NCBI RefSeq assembly: GCF_964355755.1
Contig: NC_092679.1
Span: forward strand, 16,661,432-16,725,431
Direction of reading: 5' to 3'
From: Antedon mediterranea
Taxonomy: Eukaryota; Animalia; Echinodermata
DNA length: 64,000 bases
In this document: positions 54,101 to 64,000 of the stretch, piece after piece
Numbering within the stretch: position 1 is the first letter of the stretch
Layout of the letters: every line of letters starts with the position of its first letter
Made by a program: the position numbers and the translations under genes
The notes under the pieces: generated by a model
What the model was told of the DNA's origin: nothing
What the model saw: only the letters and a program-made list of their open reading frames with translations
Databases searched by the model: none

Positions 54101-55319
54101 GTAGTGTGTGTACATTTTCAAAGTAATATAACCATTAGAAAAACACATATCGGTGACATCACAGAGAAACATGATGTAGACGCGCGCGTCCACAATACGT
54201 TTTATCAGAAATTGTACGCGCGTGGTGAGTGTGCGCCGAGAAATTAACATAATCTCAAATCTCTCGCATACTAATTTCTATAAATTTACACAAATGAGAC
54301 TGCTCTTCTTTTAAGCGGTTGAACAAACCAACAACCATAATTATACAGACTAAGCATTTGTTAACATACGGAATCTAGAATAATATATCCAAAATTCTAG
54401 CCTGATTTTAATAATAATAGTATACAAAATCAGTCTAGCATGTTGGATATTTATGTCATTGTCGTATCTATCTATTTCTTTACAGTGCGCATTTATCCCA
54501 TTATTGAAATAATTTATATATGAAAACACTAGACTGCAATCGTGGGCGTACTCTTTCACAACTTTATGTATACGTTGTTGACAAAATCAAATTACCCAAC
54601 AGATTTGTGTATTATATATCATTATTTCACACGGTCATAAAAGGTATTGTGCAGCTATGTATATTATAGCTCATGTACTTATGTATAGCCTGGGTATTAT
54701 TAAAAACGGAACAAATTGTAAATTAAATTGCTAAATGACATACCGGTAAAAACTACGATATTTGTAGAAAAAATTATGTTTGTAATCTAGTGAATGATTC
54801 CAGTTAAATGCAACCGCTGCTGGAAAATTACTATAACGAGAGTCCCCTCTCTTACACACCTCCTATTCAGGTGACACCGTACCTAGGAACGACGGGAAAT
54901 AAAGTGTTATCACTAATACTGCCAACCCTTTTTCAAGGGGACATCCTTTGGAACACTTTCCCGTAAAAGGAACGAGTCGAGGTTTAATAATCGGTTAACA
55001 CTATACTGCCAACCCCTTTTCAGTGGACACCCCTATTAAACAAACGCATTATTAGTCCAACACTATATACTGATGACTTTGAACTTATCTGAAGAAATCC
55101 ACATTGCAAAGGTTTTATACACAAATATAACGTACACAGCAGTAGGCCTACTATTCCATACATTTGCTTGTTTTTAAATTAGTACGGTAGGCCTTACAAT
55201 ATTAAAACAGATATCTGATATGAACCAATTATCAGTTCAGACACACAAATGTCATGAGCCTCGGAGATAATTGATAATAATGATATGAATATATTTAGAC
55301 CTACCATTATTGATGCCAT
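24138..55319 (-). CDS. Calmodulin-like 4-EF-hand protein, about 154 aa, 6 coding exons across about 31 kb
   Basis: Exons 55319-55305 (MASIM, least certain), 40902-40869, 39932-39789, 28050-27924, 25264-25149 and 24166-24138, all GT..AG and in phase. Translation: [149 protein letters not shown]. The 144-nt and 29-nt exons match calmodulin gene structure. Confidence 0.88.
28735..28876. mobile_element. MITE family A copy
   Basis: Perfect TIRs and a TTA duplication (28732-28734 and 28877-28879). Further copies at about 14110-14249, 29574-29800, 42820-42939, 45102-45212, 45690-45857 and 60850-60945. Confidence 0.85.
30559..30746. mobile_element. MITE family C (GGCCAATTTACACAGACG ends)
   Basis: ggccaatttacacagacg...cgtctgtgtgtaaattgc. 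Related copies at about 15192-15365 and 43577-43702. Confidence 0.7.
31182..31672 (-). repeat. 3' LTR of the BEL/Pao element
   Basis: 491 bp; no difference from 37804-38294 seen on reading. Confidence 0.95.
31790..37825 (-). CDS. BEL/Pao Gag-Pol polyprotein, 2011 aa
   Basis: Gag ([11 protein letters not shown]) with three Cys/His knuckles (CFMC..H..C, CFSC..H..C, CKIC..H..H), protease [10 protein letters not shown] ([25 protein letters not shown]), RNase H ([22 protein letters not shown]), integrase ([25 protein letters not shown]) and a W-rich C-terminal domain. Order PR-RT-RH-IN. Confidence 0.97.
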   Translation of the reverse strand: MMDAYGNSENLADENSMNLREQSERRPTAKALSISIATEVKLLTQTQRKAQEASSELEDVPSDEFEIQTALCKAKAALKEYSDAWCVLNKLYAQDRDGIHREDHLENENIYLTITNSIQASITSAMDRAHALALECQASKSAASRSSCRSIVSIKAQAVANAAAANKTAQFAEKMAKQKADLTAKEAEMEIKKAEARLEEIRREAQQRTEHAKAEAEFKVLEAKQAAAVENARVDAIQQEIQNGYGEIMTTPHQTSNDHALRFRNLTKPQPLMTQTQATTAQSTMPQNQSSSTTDLNALAEAFSSAFSMNRIPAPEPPIFDGDPLKYYDWNASFRCLIENKGISKADRIHYLKRYIGGPAKEVVSGYFLLQGEHAYENAKAVLEKRYGNPFIVSEAFRDKLDSWPRIQARDYNGLRRLSDFLNQCNIAMREMKGLEVLNDSRENRKILQKLPDWLVNRWRRNAVSAMQIKGSYPTFNDFSTFLTTEAEIVCDPVTLIPENETKFTEKSSRYRNQSQTLATSISGMPSCFMCKMNNHHLIDCRAFARKPDTEKQQYIKQNGLCFSCLQHGHVSRNCNQKSICKICQRRHPTSLHVKERDPANEIDAATQPNVDANSEVVQSVKTSNVKERDQANEIDAETRPNGDAKSEVVKSVKTSNCKNVRRNTNNTMSSMIVPVWISNEHKPEKEHLVYALLDTQSDTTFVLEDTANQIGASCEPATLRLTTMTSKREVVSCKKYNNLMIRGFFEETKIQLPTAYTREYIPVDQSHIPTPEKTRCYAHLQRISQQIPSRQNCEIGLLIGYNVPQALAPIDHISGNGNEPFAIKTQLGWSVVGGGAETSYVPQDKIGHSHRVMVKEIPNDLHLTYESNLKSEPTKEVHYVLKTAVKEIVTPLDAIRALEYDFTEKVTRDTVLSQEDMQFMDTLKKEVHINEDRHIEMPLPFKKRPVLPNNRICVLHRLNHLKRRFLTNEKYFEDYQKFMTEILQNGDAEKVPANEIQKEPAWYIPHHGIYHPKKPTKIRVVFDCSANYKGTALNQHLLTGPDLNNTLIGVLCRFRQEPIAIMCDIERMFHQFHVNQNDRNYLRFLWWEDGNLERQPIDYRMKVHLFGAASSPGCSNFGLKYMAEHFAEQHKPETVNFIKNNFYVDDGLKSVETVPEAVELIEDARKLCAKGSLRLHKFISNQRDVMSTIPKSEQAKGTVDRDLSFEDLPVERALGIQWCVESDNFQFRITMKDTPLTRRGILSTVASIFDPLGLLAPFTLKGKQILQEVCKEGTDWDEKLSEELRPKWEKWRLDLPKLATITINRCFKPKDFQQRKVEFHHFSDASNSGYGQCSYIRLENDFSEIHCALIMAKARVAPKKVVSIPRLELQAAVLSTKVSTILYQELEYKNSAHYFWTDSKVVLGYVRNEARRFHVYVANRVQRIRDTTNPEQWNYISTNENPADHASRGLGAKDLQTSNWFQGPKLLWKCGNIVENNQKFDVSSNDPEVNQASVLAINSTEENCLLNRVERFSDYKRAVTGVAALKKFIKTRKTKNHYTITSVEDRIEAEKTIIKMVQHKFFKKDIDQLYRQSSKCTGNLAKLDPYIDVDGLLRVGGRLKRATSLDMGVKHPAILPKRSHVTHLIIKHYHEKTAHQGRGFTTNAVRSNGFWIVGISSAVSSHIYKCVQCRKLRGRNQDQKMANLPNERLEPTPPFTYTGFDCFGPFLVKEGRRELKRYGLLFTCMASRAIHIEMLDDMTTDAFINALRCFIAIRGNVRQFRCDQGSNFMGAQHELTKAFKEIKEDKVRKFLADQNCNFFSNVPSASHMGGIWERQIRTIRNVLYSILNQYKSRLDSTSLRTFLYETMAIVNSRPLTTENLNDPHGPEALTPNQLLTMKSKIVFPPPGFFVKEDVYALRRWRRVQFLANEFWSRWKKEYLTNLQSRAKWNQVRRNLEIGDIVLLKEEHLIRGDWKLARISELMPSEDGLVRKVRLIVADTNIDNDGKRLKRATYLERPIHKLTLILENTNC
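37804..38294 (-). repeat. 5' LTR of the BEL/Pao element
   Basis: 491 bp, element sense TGTAAC...GTAACA, with AATAAATAAA at 37870-37861. Confidence 0.95.
38705..39256. repeat. About 80-bp tandem array (about 7 copies) derived from the end of a DNA-transposon family
   Basis: Unit ttattcgtttcattgggaagtgtccccttaatagaagtgtccactggctggctgctatagtgttaaaaacatatag. Related single-copy segments at about 40940-41040 and 54995-55040. Confidence 0.85.
40085..40805. repeat. (GAT/AAT)n-rich degenerate microsatellite / low-complexity tract
   Basis: gatgatgat runs and repeated gataatgaagatcatgattatgac. No long ORF. Confidence 0.8.
44525..44715. mobile_element. hAT-type MITE
   Basis: TIR (a/c)agtggcgtaacg...cgttacgtcactg with an 8-bp target duplication tactgggg (44517-44524 and 44716-44723). 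Confidence 0.85.
48572..48780. mobile_element. MITE family E (same TIRs as family B, different interior)
   Basis: agcgtggttcccactagcg...caagtggaaaccaagct. Interior is related to 53295-53663 (reverse) and 59740-60078. Confidence 0.8.
49345..49640 (+). mobile_element. Probable degenerate tRNA-derived SINE
   Basis: B-box-like GGGTTCAAATTC at about 49402, a GC-richer body and an (ATAC)n-like tail at about 49620-49637. Confidence 0.45.
49763..49941 (-). mobile_element. MITE family B copy
   Basis: Reverse complement of 15371-15549 with very few differences. Confidence 0.85.
50690..53290. repeat. 95-bp satellite array, about 27 copies
   Basis: Unit caatgttagttatttaaacaggtatgcctaggtggttcctacccagtgacgttagcgacaactgtgccactacatccaacttacccgggtaatac. 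Period 95 (caatg at 51361 and 51456). Confidence 0.95.
53295..53817. mobile_element. Cluster of Harbinger-like MITEs: family B (53341-53519) nested in family E (53295-53663), plus an adjacent B-like copy (53675-53817)
   Basis: The family E interior cccttct..aataattgtgtttt is split by the 179-bp B element; compare the uninterrupted copy at 48572-48780. Confidence 0.8.
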
Positions 55320-55690
55320 CCTTCGTCCCTGTCTATACGTCCCACTCACCGATACGATCGTATATATAGATAAATATCCTTAAAGTATAGGTATGTCAAT
55401 AACAAAAGAGCAATCCAAACATCGTCTCAATTCCATAACACCGTAAAGTTCAGTGTTGGTTTCTTTTTTAAATCGGATGCAATTGAATTTAAACGCTTTA
55501 ATCAAGCATTATGTGACGTCAGAGGGGAGGGACGAACCCATTCGAAAGCGAACACTGAACTAGAACCGACGGAATAGTATGTGAATGGAATAAATACAGT
55601 GAATTGATAGTCCATCAAGGGTGACAGAAACTAATAGGACATGGTGCGTGCGCAAGTATTTGAATAATACGATGACGTCATATCCCCTGA
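55320..55690 (-). promoter_or_regulatory. Probable promoter of the calmodulin-like gene
   Basis: TATATATA at 55368-55361 and perfect CRE palindromes TGACGTCA at 55514-55521 and 55673-55680, upstream of ATG...ATG|GTAGGT. Confidence 0.5.
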
Positions 55691-55904
55691 GGCACAATCT
55701 GTCAACTAATAAAATAATAGGTACATACTGCAGCAGTAATGTTGTAGACTAAAACATTATTTTTAAAACCAATGATGCGTGCAAACTGAATATTGTATAA
55801 AGGGAACATGTTGCTCATTTTTTATTAGCGCATGCTCTAATTAAGACGTGTACAAGCCGAAGACAGCTGTTTCGGTATAGTGCCTATATTCGGAGTCTAA
55901 TTCT

Positions 55905-56040
55905 GAGTCCGCGTGTTTAACTTCGGAGTCCGTGTGTTTAACTTCGAAGTTCACGTATTTAACTTCGGAGTCCACGTAGGCCTATTTAACTTCGGAGTCC
56001 CGTGTGTTTAACTTCCTAGTCTCGCGTGTTTAACTTCGGA
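55905..56040. repeat. About 22-bp minisatellite (gtgtttaacttcggagtcc), about 6 copies
   Basis: Direct tandem copies visible. Confidence 0.75.
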
Positions 56041-57574
56041 GAGCATGGTCATATTATCAGGCTTGGGAAAGTATTTCTTTTCATTTTTTACACATTTTCA
56101 CATTGTAATAAAACACAATAAAACGAAATAGGTGGAAATAATTCCCTCACATCTGAATCAGATTTTTGGTTCGTATTCTATATACCGAACGCTCTTTACA
56201 TAACATACAACACAAGGCCTAGCTTCTGTCGCTTTGTATTTTGTGAAGCTCGTGAAGTAAAACTATGTATTGTATGCTCTTATGTTATAACGTGTTCTCA
56301 TACCGATACAAAAAAAAAGAATATCGATAATCTGTCAACGTCAATAGCTAGACGATTTGAAGAAATAATCGATCGTCGTCTGCATTATTACCCGCCTAAA
56401 ATACAAAACAATCTTTACAACTATTCAATCTCCCAAAGAATTCATTGCTTTGTGTATCAAGGCAATCGAACCCTCGCCTTGTTTCTATACTGCACAACAC
56501 ATGTAACTTGTGTTGTAGTATAGACAACTTAACTGTTATATAATACTGAGGCCTAACAAAAACGGATGCTTACTCCTCTGAGGGCAGTATGCATGATAAA
56601 AGGGCTGACAGACTAACACAACGGAACTGGGAATGAAAACACACGCTCTGTATTTCTATAAATCAATTAAAAATAAATTGTTGTTCTAAGATTTATAAAT
56701 CCGTTTTTTCATGTAAAGAGTAGCAATGTCCATGGGTGTAACACGTAATTCAAAAGTAGTAGTAGGTGCGGATCCAGGGATTAATAGAGGAGTGTGGGGG
56801 GGGGGGGGAGGGAGGGGGGTTGTGGTGTGCAACCTGGCCTAAAATGGTAACATTAAGTGCAGAACTTAACCTATGTACGGTACTCTTTGCGTTGGTAAGC
56901 TTGGTTCCCACTAGGACGCAACGCAAGAACGAAGACGCAACGTAAGTGAGTTGACCAATCTCAAGCGATGGATTGTCCGAACTGTCGCTTGTCATTGGTC
57001 AACACGCTTGAGTTGCGTTTACGTCCTTGCGCTGCGTCCTAGTGGAAAACAACCTTAATTTTCAAAAAGAATGCGCATGTGTCTCGCAATGTATCTTTAA
57101 AAAGAATGAAAGGAAATAGTTTAGACGACCTAAGGATATAGAAAGGCGTCGACAACAGGAAAGGCTTACAAAGCAGCGATGCAATAAAACATCAAACCTA
57201 TTCAACGTTTTCCAATACTGAACAAGGCTGTATTGAATGACAAACATTAATTTGTATCAACGAACAAAATGCTAGTAATAATGATCACGATCATTTACAA
57301 TTAGCCGAGTAAAACGAATGACATATTGGCCATTATAAAGTGATTCAAATCTTTCTTTAATTACTCACAGATATTGTATATTACGTATGTTAGTGCAGAA
57401 TAAAGATATCGACCTGCAGCAGCAGACCGCTTTCAGTTCTATCCTATACGGTCGTCTCCTTATTTATTATGATACATCGTGATTGAGTTTATCCCTTAAT
57501 TTCATTATCATGGCGACCGTGTGATGGGACTGAGTTCTTTGTCGCAATGAGACGCAGAATTAATACATGTTTTT

Positions 57575-57815
57575 AGCGTTAAAAAGTAGAAGTCCGGTTT
57601 ATAGTAAAATCCAATGATGACGGGTTGAAAGGTGTCAACGCAATCGAACAGACCGCCGTGCGTTCAGCTGACCTTGTAACGCGTTTGATCAATGTTAAAA
57701 AGCATAGAAGTCCGGTTTGTGGTAAAATCCAATGATGACGGGTTAAAAGGTGTCTACGCAATCAAACGGACCGCCGTGCGTTCAGCTGACCTCGTAACGC
57801 GTTTGATCAATGTTC
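57575..57815. repeat. About 120-bp tandem duplication
   Basis: agaagtccggttt...cgtgcgttcagctgacct...gtttgatcaatgtt occurs twice. Confidence 0.8.
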
Positions 57816-58153
57816 AATTTTGACTGTGATCTATAATTGAGTTATTGCATTAAATGATGATGTCATTTAAAGCACTATATGAATGTAATGTAAACCATTA
57901 CTGTCTGTCAATGTAACCAATGTTGTCATGCTCTTTATTCGTGTAACACTTTGATTTCAAGATCCATATGATATAAAAACTGCTTCTTTTCCTCATAATT
58001 GGCCTAAGCCTATATTTTAAAAAATGTCAATTATTTATTATGTACGAATTAATTAATTCCAATAGTTCGAAAGAACTAAGGATGTGTTCAATATGTAGGC
58101 CTACTTTTTAAAATCTAATTATCTGCACCCAATTCTTTACGGATACGGTCTTA

Positions 58154-58321
58154 AGCTCTGTCTACACTATCAAACTTTATGTGGAAAACAAAATGTTATG
58201 TGCCCATATAAATATGGACATGATGATGTCATATCACTACCATATTTGGGAATATCACTACCATATTTAGGCACACTACACTTTTTTTTTGTCAAACTAG
58301 CTTGATGGTGTATACAGAGCT
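58154..58321. mobile_element. MITE family A copy
   Basis: agctctgtctacactatcaa...ttgatggtgtatacagagct. Confidence 0.8.
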
Positions 58322-59739
58322 TAGTATAAGTTTAATTTTGCCAGTTTTGTTGTTTTACATATTATCATGTAGGTCTATACTGTTGGGTTCCCATGAGACA
58401 CGTCAGTTTTTCCTAAAAATAAGAGAATTAAACCATAATGATGTTAGTTTCTGGTCATGCAAATTGTTGTTGTATGTGGTATGTAATCCATACCTTATTC
58501 TTTGTCTGCATCAACCAATTAATAGAATCTATCTCTACCTCCTTTAGACTCTTAAGAGAGGGTAAACACACTTTAAACCCAATCTGAAAATGCCAATACC
58601 CTAAGCTCCAATTTAGTACTACGACAAGTGGTTTATCAACAATCAGTAATAAACTAGGCCAATTTTCGAACCAAATCTTTGATTTTTAACCTAATCATAG
58701 CTTGATTATTCCTTATTAACATGCACAGCATCACCAGAGAAACTCAATACCTTCAAATTAATTACTTTTTTTGAGACGATTAATTACGTGTTCACATACA
58801 TGATACCTGGCATGATTTAGTTATTTGATCATCATGTGATTTTGATTAGGCCAAATAGAAAAAATGTCAGGAGTTTGATTTTTTTAAACATTATGAAATA
58901 TAATGTTACTGTTTAAAAAGCAATGAAATGATCTGTTTTTCTTTACATAAATCACTATATAATAACGATGCTTGAAGTCTCGAAAAGAAGCCCAATTTCA
59001 AGATAATTGTAATCCTGTTTATATAATGTCATGATTGATCTAAATTGTAGATTAAATATAAATTACTTTATTATAAAAAAAACATGAATCACAATCATAA
59101 TTTCCCTCTCTTTATTTTGGAATAAGTTTTATCCTGTGATTATTGTTCTAATTTGATGGGGAAAAAAATCATTATTTAGGCCTATGTGAATGCATCGAAT
59201 TTTTTTATTATGGTTTAAAAACAACAACTTCCACACCAGCAGCAAAAGCTGAAAAGGGTGGATTACAATACAAATTATTCCATCAAAATACAAATATGAA
59301 AAACACAAATTACAAGTAAACCTAAAAAGTTACAAGATTCTAGCTAGGTACGGTATTGTTGACTTTTTTAGATAGGCCTTTTTTAAGATAGGCCTACTGC
59401 AGGCTGCGTTGATAGTCCTATACCCTTTTGATGCACCTGATAATCATTGTCGTGGGTCAATAGTCTTCCGAAGTCGTTACTGGTATGTTACATTTTAAAT
59501 GCGTAAATCTAAGAACCAACATAATTAAGACCAACAAAATATGAATTAATTATCACATTATACGAATCTGTGTAAACAAAATGTCCCATACAATGGCATA
59601 AAGATAGTTTACATTCAAATCCAAAGGGAAGATGGAGGTTAGAATATAGATCAGACGTCCTAACAAGAATCTTAAAATAATGTTAGCCTAACTCCCTAAA
59701 TGCCGGACACTGAATAGTAGTAAAAATATTTATTATTAA

Positions 59740-60078
59740 AGCGTGGTTCCCACTAGCATCGCAACGACGTGTCGACGCAAAGTGCTGTATTACGGAATCA
59801 CAAGTGGGAACCGAAGATTCAACAGTGCATGCTGCAAACATCGCAGGTTTGATTTCACGCAGGCGGAGGAAAATGCAATGCATTCCCCACTGGCGACGCA
59901 ACACAAGGACGTAACGCAACACAAGTGAATTGATCAATCACAAGCGATATTCGCTTGTGATTGCTAACTGTCTATAACTTCGCTTGTCATTGGTTAAAAC
60001 GCTTGCGTTGCGTTTACGTCCTTGCGTTATGTTCTAGTGGGAACCAAGCTTTACGTTGCATAGGTTGCGTTGCTACGC
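59740..60078. mobile_element. Composite family E / family B MITE
   Basis: E interior at 59740-59875, followed by a B body at about 59886-60050 and a remnant of the E right end. Confidence 0.7.
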
Positions 60079-60990
60079 TTTCAAACAAACCCAACTATAT
60101 AAATTATTATATATCAGATACAATGCTGGTGTGGTGTTTATACCGTAATTTCCTTCCTTGAACATCTCTTTCACTTGTTTTCACAACGCTTCGAAACTTT
60201 TCGTTTTTTTGCCCTTTACAAATTCAAACCCTATCTGCATACAGTTTGCAGACCATTCTCATGATTGCTGCAATGTAGAGCTTAGAAACCTTAATCAAAA
60301 ATCTTGTCTAAAAAAACTATTGAGGAATCGATTTGTTTGTGTTGAAACTAAGAACTAGGTCTCACATATCTGATTTTAACAGGTTTTCACTGACAGTTCG
60401 TACGTTCAAATGTTTCCTGATAGTACTTGTGACATAGAATTAAGAGAGTGGATCATTGTGGAGAATGAAGCTACGGTTTACAATTAGCGTGTAATCCAGA
60501 CATACTTTTATATTTATCTGCTGACTATATCTCCTACTAATCGAAAGGGTATTCGAATGGAACGTTTGCCATATTAAGTTTACTCTTTGACGGATTTGGC
60601 TCATTTCTTAAACCGCCAATTCAGACAGAGGACATTTATCTCATCTTGACCAAGTCTACCTTCGGGCAGATTAGACAATATCTTTGCGAATTAAATTTAC
60701 TGCATTTTGTTCTTCAATTTCTTCATGTATGATATTGTAAATTATTATTTACATTTAGAACAAACGAAACATTTGCCCGTAACAATTAGGCCTAGAAATC
60801 TAAACTTTCGAAACTTGACCCAACTTGAAAACGTTGTAAACAATCGTAAAGCTCTGTCTACACTAAAAATGTGATGTGCTCATATATGGACATGATGATG
60901 TCATATCACTATCATGTTTGGGCATATCACTACCATATTTGGGCACTGGGTATTGTACGAATGATTTTAGGATACAATGTAGGCCTACTA

Positions 60991-61485
60991 CACTGTAAAA
61001 ATAGTGTTTAGATCTTGCGAGAAAAACATGTATTTTGTACCCACTTTTTCCACACATTTAGCCTTAAACATGTTTAGATGTGAAACATGTTTAGGTTCTA
61101 AACACATTCTAAACATGTAGTCTGTACCCAACTCAACACATCAGTGACGTATTGATTGTTAAACATGTGAAGCAATATGAAGACAAGATTAGGTTTAAAA
61201 CGTGTTTAATTTGCCATGTGTGGAGCTCATGTGTGGAGCTTTTTTCCGCCACAGTAAAATCGTATGCACGCTACGCTAAACACATACCTAAACATTTTGA
61301 CTGCTAAACATGTGGAGTAATTGAACATAATATTGACATTAGTCAAGTGGAGGAAAACAACATGTTGCTATAAACACGTTTAGCTTTTAAACACGCTAAA
61401 CATGTAACTCGTGTCTAAAAGCTAAACGTGTGGAAAAGGTGGGTACAAAATAGGTGTTTAAGATGTAAACACTATTTTTACAGTG
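60991..61485. mobile_element. 495-bp non-autonomous DNA transposon with CACTG termini (EnSpm/CMC-like)
   Basis: 20-bp perfect TIR cactgtaaaaatagtgttta / taaacactatttttacagtg with TA on both flanks, longer imperfect subterminal inversion and many aaacatgt motifs. Confidence 0.85.
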
Positions 61486-62243
61486 TATTGCAGATCCTGG
61501 CTACTTTAGGCATAGCTACAGAACGTTTCTGATAAGAAGACCTATTTAAACATAAAATCGAGAGTTAAAAAACTAAATGAAAAATACATCATGTTCTTAA
61601 CAACATTAATCTATAAAAATATTAATTGCTTTTCACAATTCAAGGTCGTGTGAAAACTTCTCAAACACAAAAATCAATGCTAAAGATATAATTATAAAAT
61701 GTCCGGATATTTAGTCAAGCATTTATTGACAAAGTAATTAGCATAATTATCGATACAGGTGGCTGATATATCTAATCCGTGTCTCGTTATAGTTAATGCC
61801 CATGACCTAATAATTTACTATGATCGAGCGAAACCATAATTAAGTATAAATAATGTATATTCCATGCTTCTGACTTATTCGCTTTTCGTAAAAAAATTGT
61901 TAAAATATATTTGTGATATTGCTATGCTATTTTACTATAAGATATCTCACCGTGCGGTTAGATATCTATATTATACGCACCGTGCGGTTAGATATCTATA
62001 TTATACGCACCGTGCGGTTAGATATCTATATTATACGCACCGTGCGATAGAACTATAAGATACTACAGTAGATACTAACCGGTTAGAATATACGCTATAT
62101 TAACCATAGATATGAACACTATATATATTTAACGCTATAAATACAGTAGATCAAACTGCTACCACAAAATATCACAACAGTACTGTAGATAAATACACAG
62201 TTAAGTCGAACAGTAGATCAAAATAACCGCTGCCACCAAATTA

Positions 62244-62691
62244 TGTCACGAACTCCTCTTACGTATGTTTCCGAGCGGTTGAAAATACTTTAGGAACTCC
62301 CTTGTGACATAAAAGTATACAAACAAAATCCACAAAGTTGTAAAATAACTCAAAAACAAAGCTTTAATTTCAATCAACTTCAACTTTTAACAATCCAGTA
62401 AGCACTTTAAACAACAGCTTCACAATGACTTTACAATATAACATCCAACCTCTAATCCAACAACCTTACAATAGTTTACATCCCTTTATATACAAGATGC
62501 TCCTATCCTTCTAGATCATTCTTTATACTTCTCATTATTACATGATTACAGTTTCTATTAATAGCACTTCTGGAATGTTCTTGATTGTTCTTATTAATTA
62601 TACATGGTTTATTAAATCAAAACATCTTATTCTAGAATGTTCATGTAAATACTATGTTACTCTATATGTTAGGGAATGGTAATTTATTACA
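62244..62691 (-). mobile_element. Probable solo LTR (448 bp) carrying heat-shock elements
   Basis: Minus strand TGTAATAA...TCGTGACA, TATATAAAGG at about 62492-62483, ATTAAAG poly(A)-like signal at about 62368-62362, and nTTCnnGAAnnTTCn arrays upstream of the TATA. Flanks atta/atga. Confidence 0.65.
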
Positions 62692-62869
62692 ATGATTAAC
62701 ACTATATATATATTTAACGCTATAGAACACCTTAGGCCTAATACTTGTTACACATCTGTACGCTATGATACCCTATCTAACCGCGTCAGTTTATAGATAC
62801 CATCGCTATTGCCCTTATATATATAATATAGCCGCATTAACGCTTATAGATACCGTATCTATAGGCCAC

Positions 62870-64000
62870 ACACTATAAACATCTATTTGCTAGATCTAAG
62901 CGCATTAACGGTTAAATATAATGCTATACACTATAGACATCTATTCTCTAAATATCTAAGCGCATTAACGGTTAGATATCTATAGGCTACGCTATAGACA
63001 TCTATTCGCTAGATATCTAAGCGCATTAACAGTTAGATATCCATAGGTTATGCTATACATCTATTCGCTAGATATCTACGCATTAACGGTTAGATATCCA
63101 TAGGCTATACGCTATAGACATCTATTCGCTAGATATCTAAGCGCATTAAAAGATATCCATAGGCTACGCTATAGACATCTATTCGCTAGATATCTAAGCG
63201 CATTAAAAGATATCCATAGGCTACACTATAGACATCTATTCGCTAGATATCTAAGCGCATTAAAAGATATCCATAGGCTACGCTATAGACATCTATTCGC
63301 TAGATATCTAAGCGCATTAACGGTTAGATATCTATAGGCTATACGCTATAGACATCTATTCGCTAGATATCTAAGCGCATTAAAAGATATCCATAGGCTA
63401 CGCTATAGACATCTATTCGCTAGATATCTACGCATTAAAAGATATCCATAGGCTACGCTATAGACATCTATTCGCTAGATATCTACGCATTAAAAGATAT
63501 CCATAGGCTACGCTATAGACATCTATTCGCTAGATATCTACGCATTAACGGTTAGATATCTATAGGCTATACGCTATAGACATCTATTCGCTAGATATCT
63601 AAGCGCATTAAAAGATATCCATAGGCTACGCTATAGACATATATTCGCTAGATATCCAAGCGCATTAAAAGATATCCATAGGCTACGCTATAGACATCTA
63701 TTCGCTAGATATCTAAGCGCATTAAAAGATATCCATAGGCTACGCTATAGACATCTATTCGCTAGATATCTAAGCGCATTAACGGTTAGATATCCATAGG
63801 CTACGCTATAGACATCTATTCGCTAGATATCTAAGCGCATTAACGGTTAGATATCTATAGGCTACGCTATAGACATCTATTCGCTAGATATCTAAGCGCA
63901 TTAACGGTTAGATATCTATAGGCTACGCTATAGACATCTATTCGCTAGATATCTAAGCGCATTAACAGTTATATATCTATAGGCTACGCTATAAACATAT
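62870..64000. repeat. 57-62 bp satellite array running off the right edge (about 19 copies visible)
   Basis: Unit ctatagacatctattcgctagatatctaagcgcattaa(cggtt)agatatc(c/t)ataggctacg. A related 30-bp x3 repeat at about 61948-62046 shares cggttagatatctata. Confidence 0.93.

Overview
AT-rich, intron-containing animal (probably marine invertebrate) genomic DNA. Six spliced host genes can be built by hand. They are the 5' part of an uncharacterised coiled-coil gene (-) head-to-head with DRAP1/NC2-alpha (+, 7 exons, one U12-type intron), FCF1/UTP24 (+), an orphan MG-start charged protein (-), a divergent alpha-tubulin (+, Lys40->Arg, Glu-poor tail), and a calmodulin-like EF-hand gene (-) spread over about 31 kb. 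One intron of the calmodulin-like gene holds an intact, very young BEL/Pao LTR retrotransposon (identical 491-bp LTRs, TCTAG target duplication, single 2011-aa ORF). This element has no canonical TGG tRNA primer-binding site. The bases right after its 5' LTR are instead complementary to a site inside its own LTR, at an apparent splice acceptor, suggesting self-priming that may be coupled to splicing (top finding, inference). The rest is MITEs (Harbinger-, hAT-, CACTG-type), SINEs, a probable solo LTR with heat-shock elements and several mini/satellite arrays. All gene models and comparisons were made by eye; no database searches were run.
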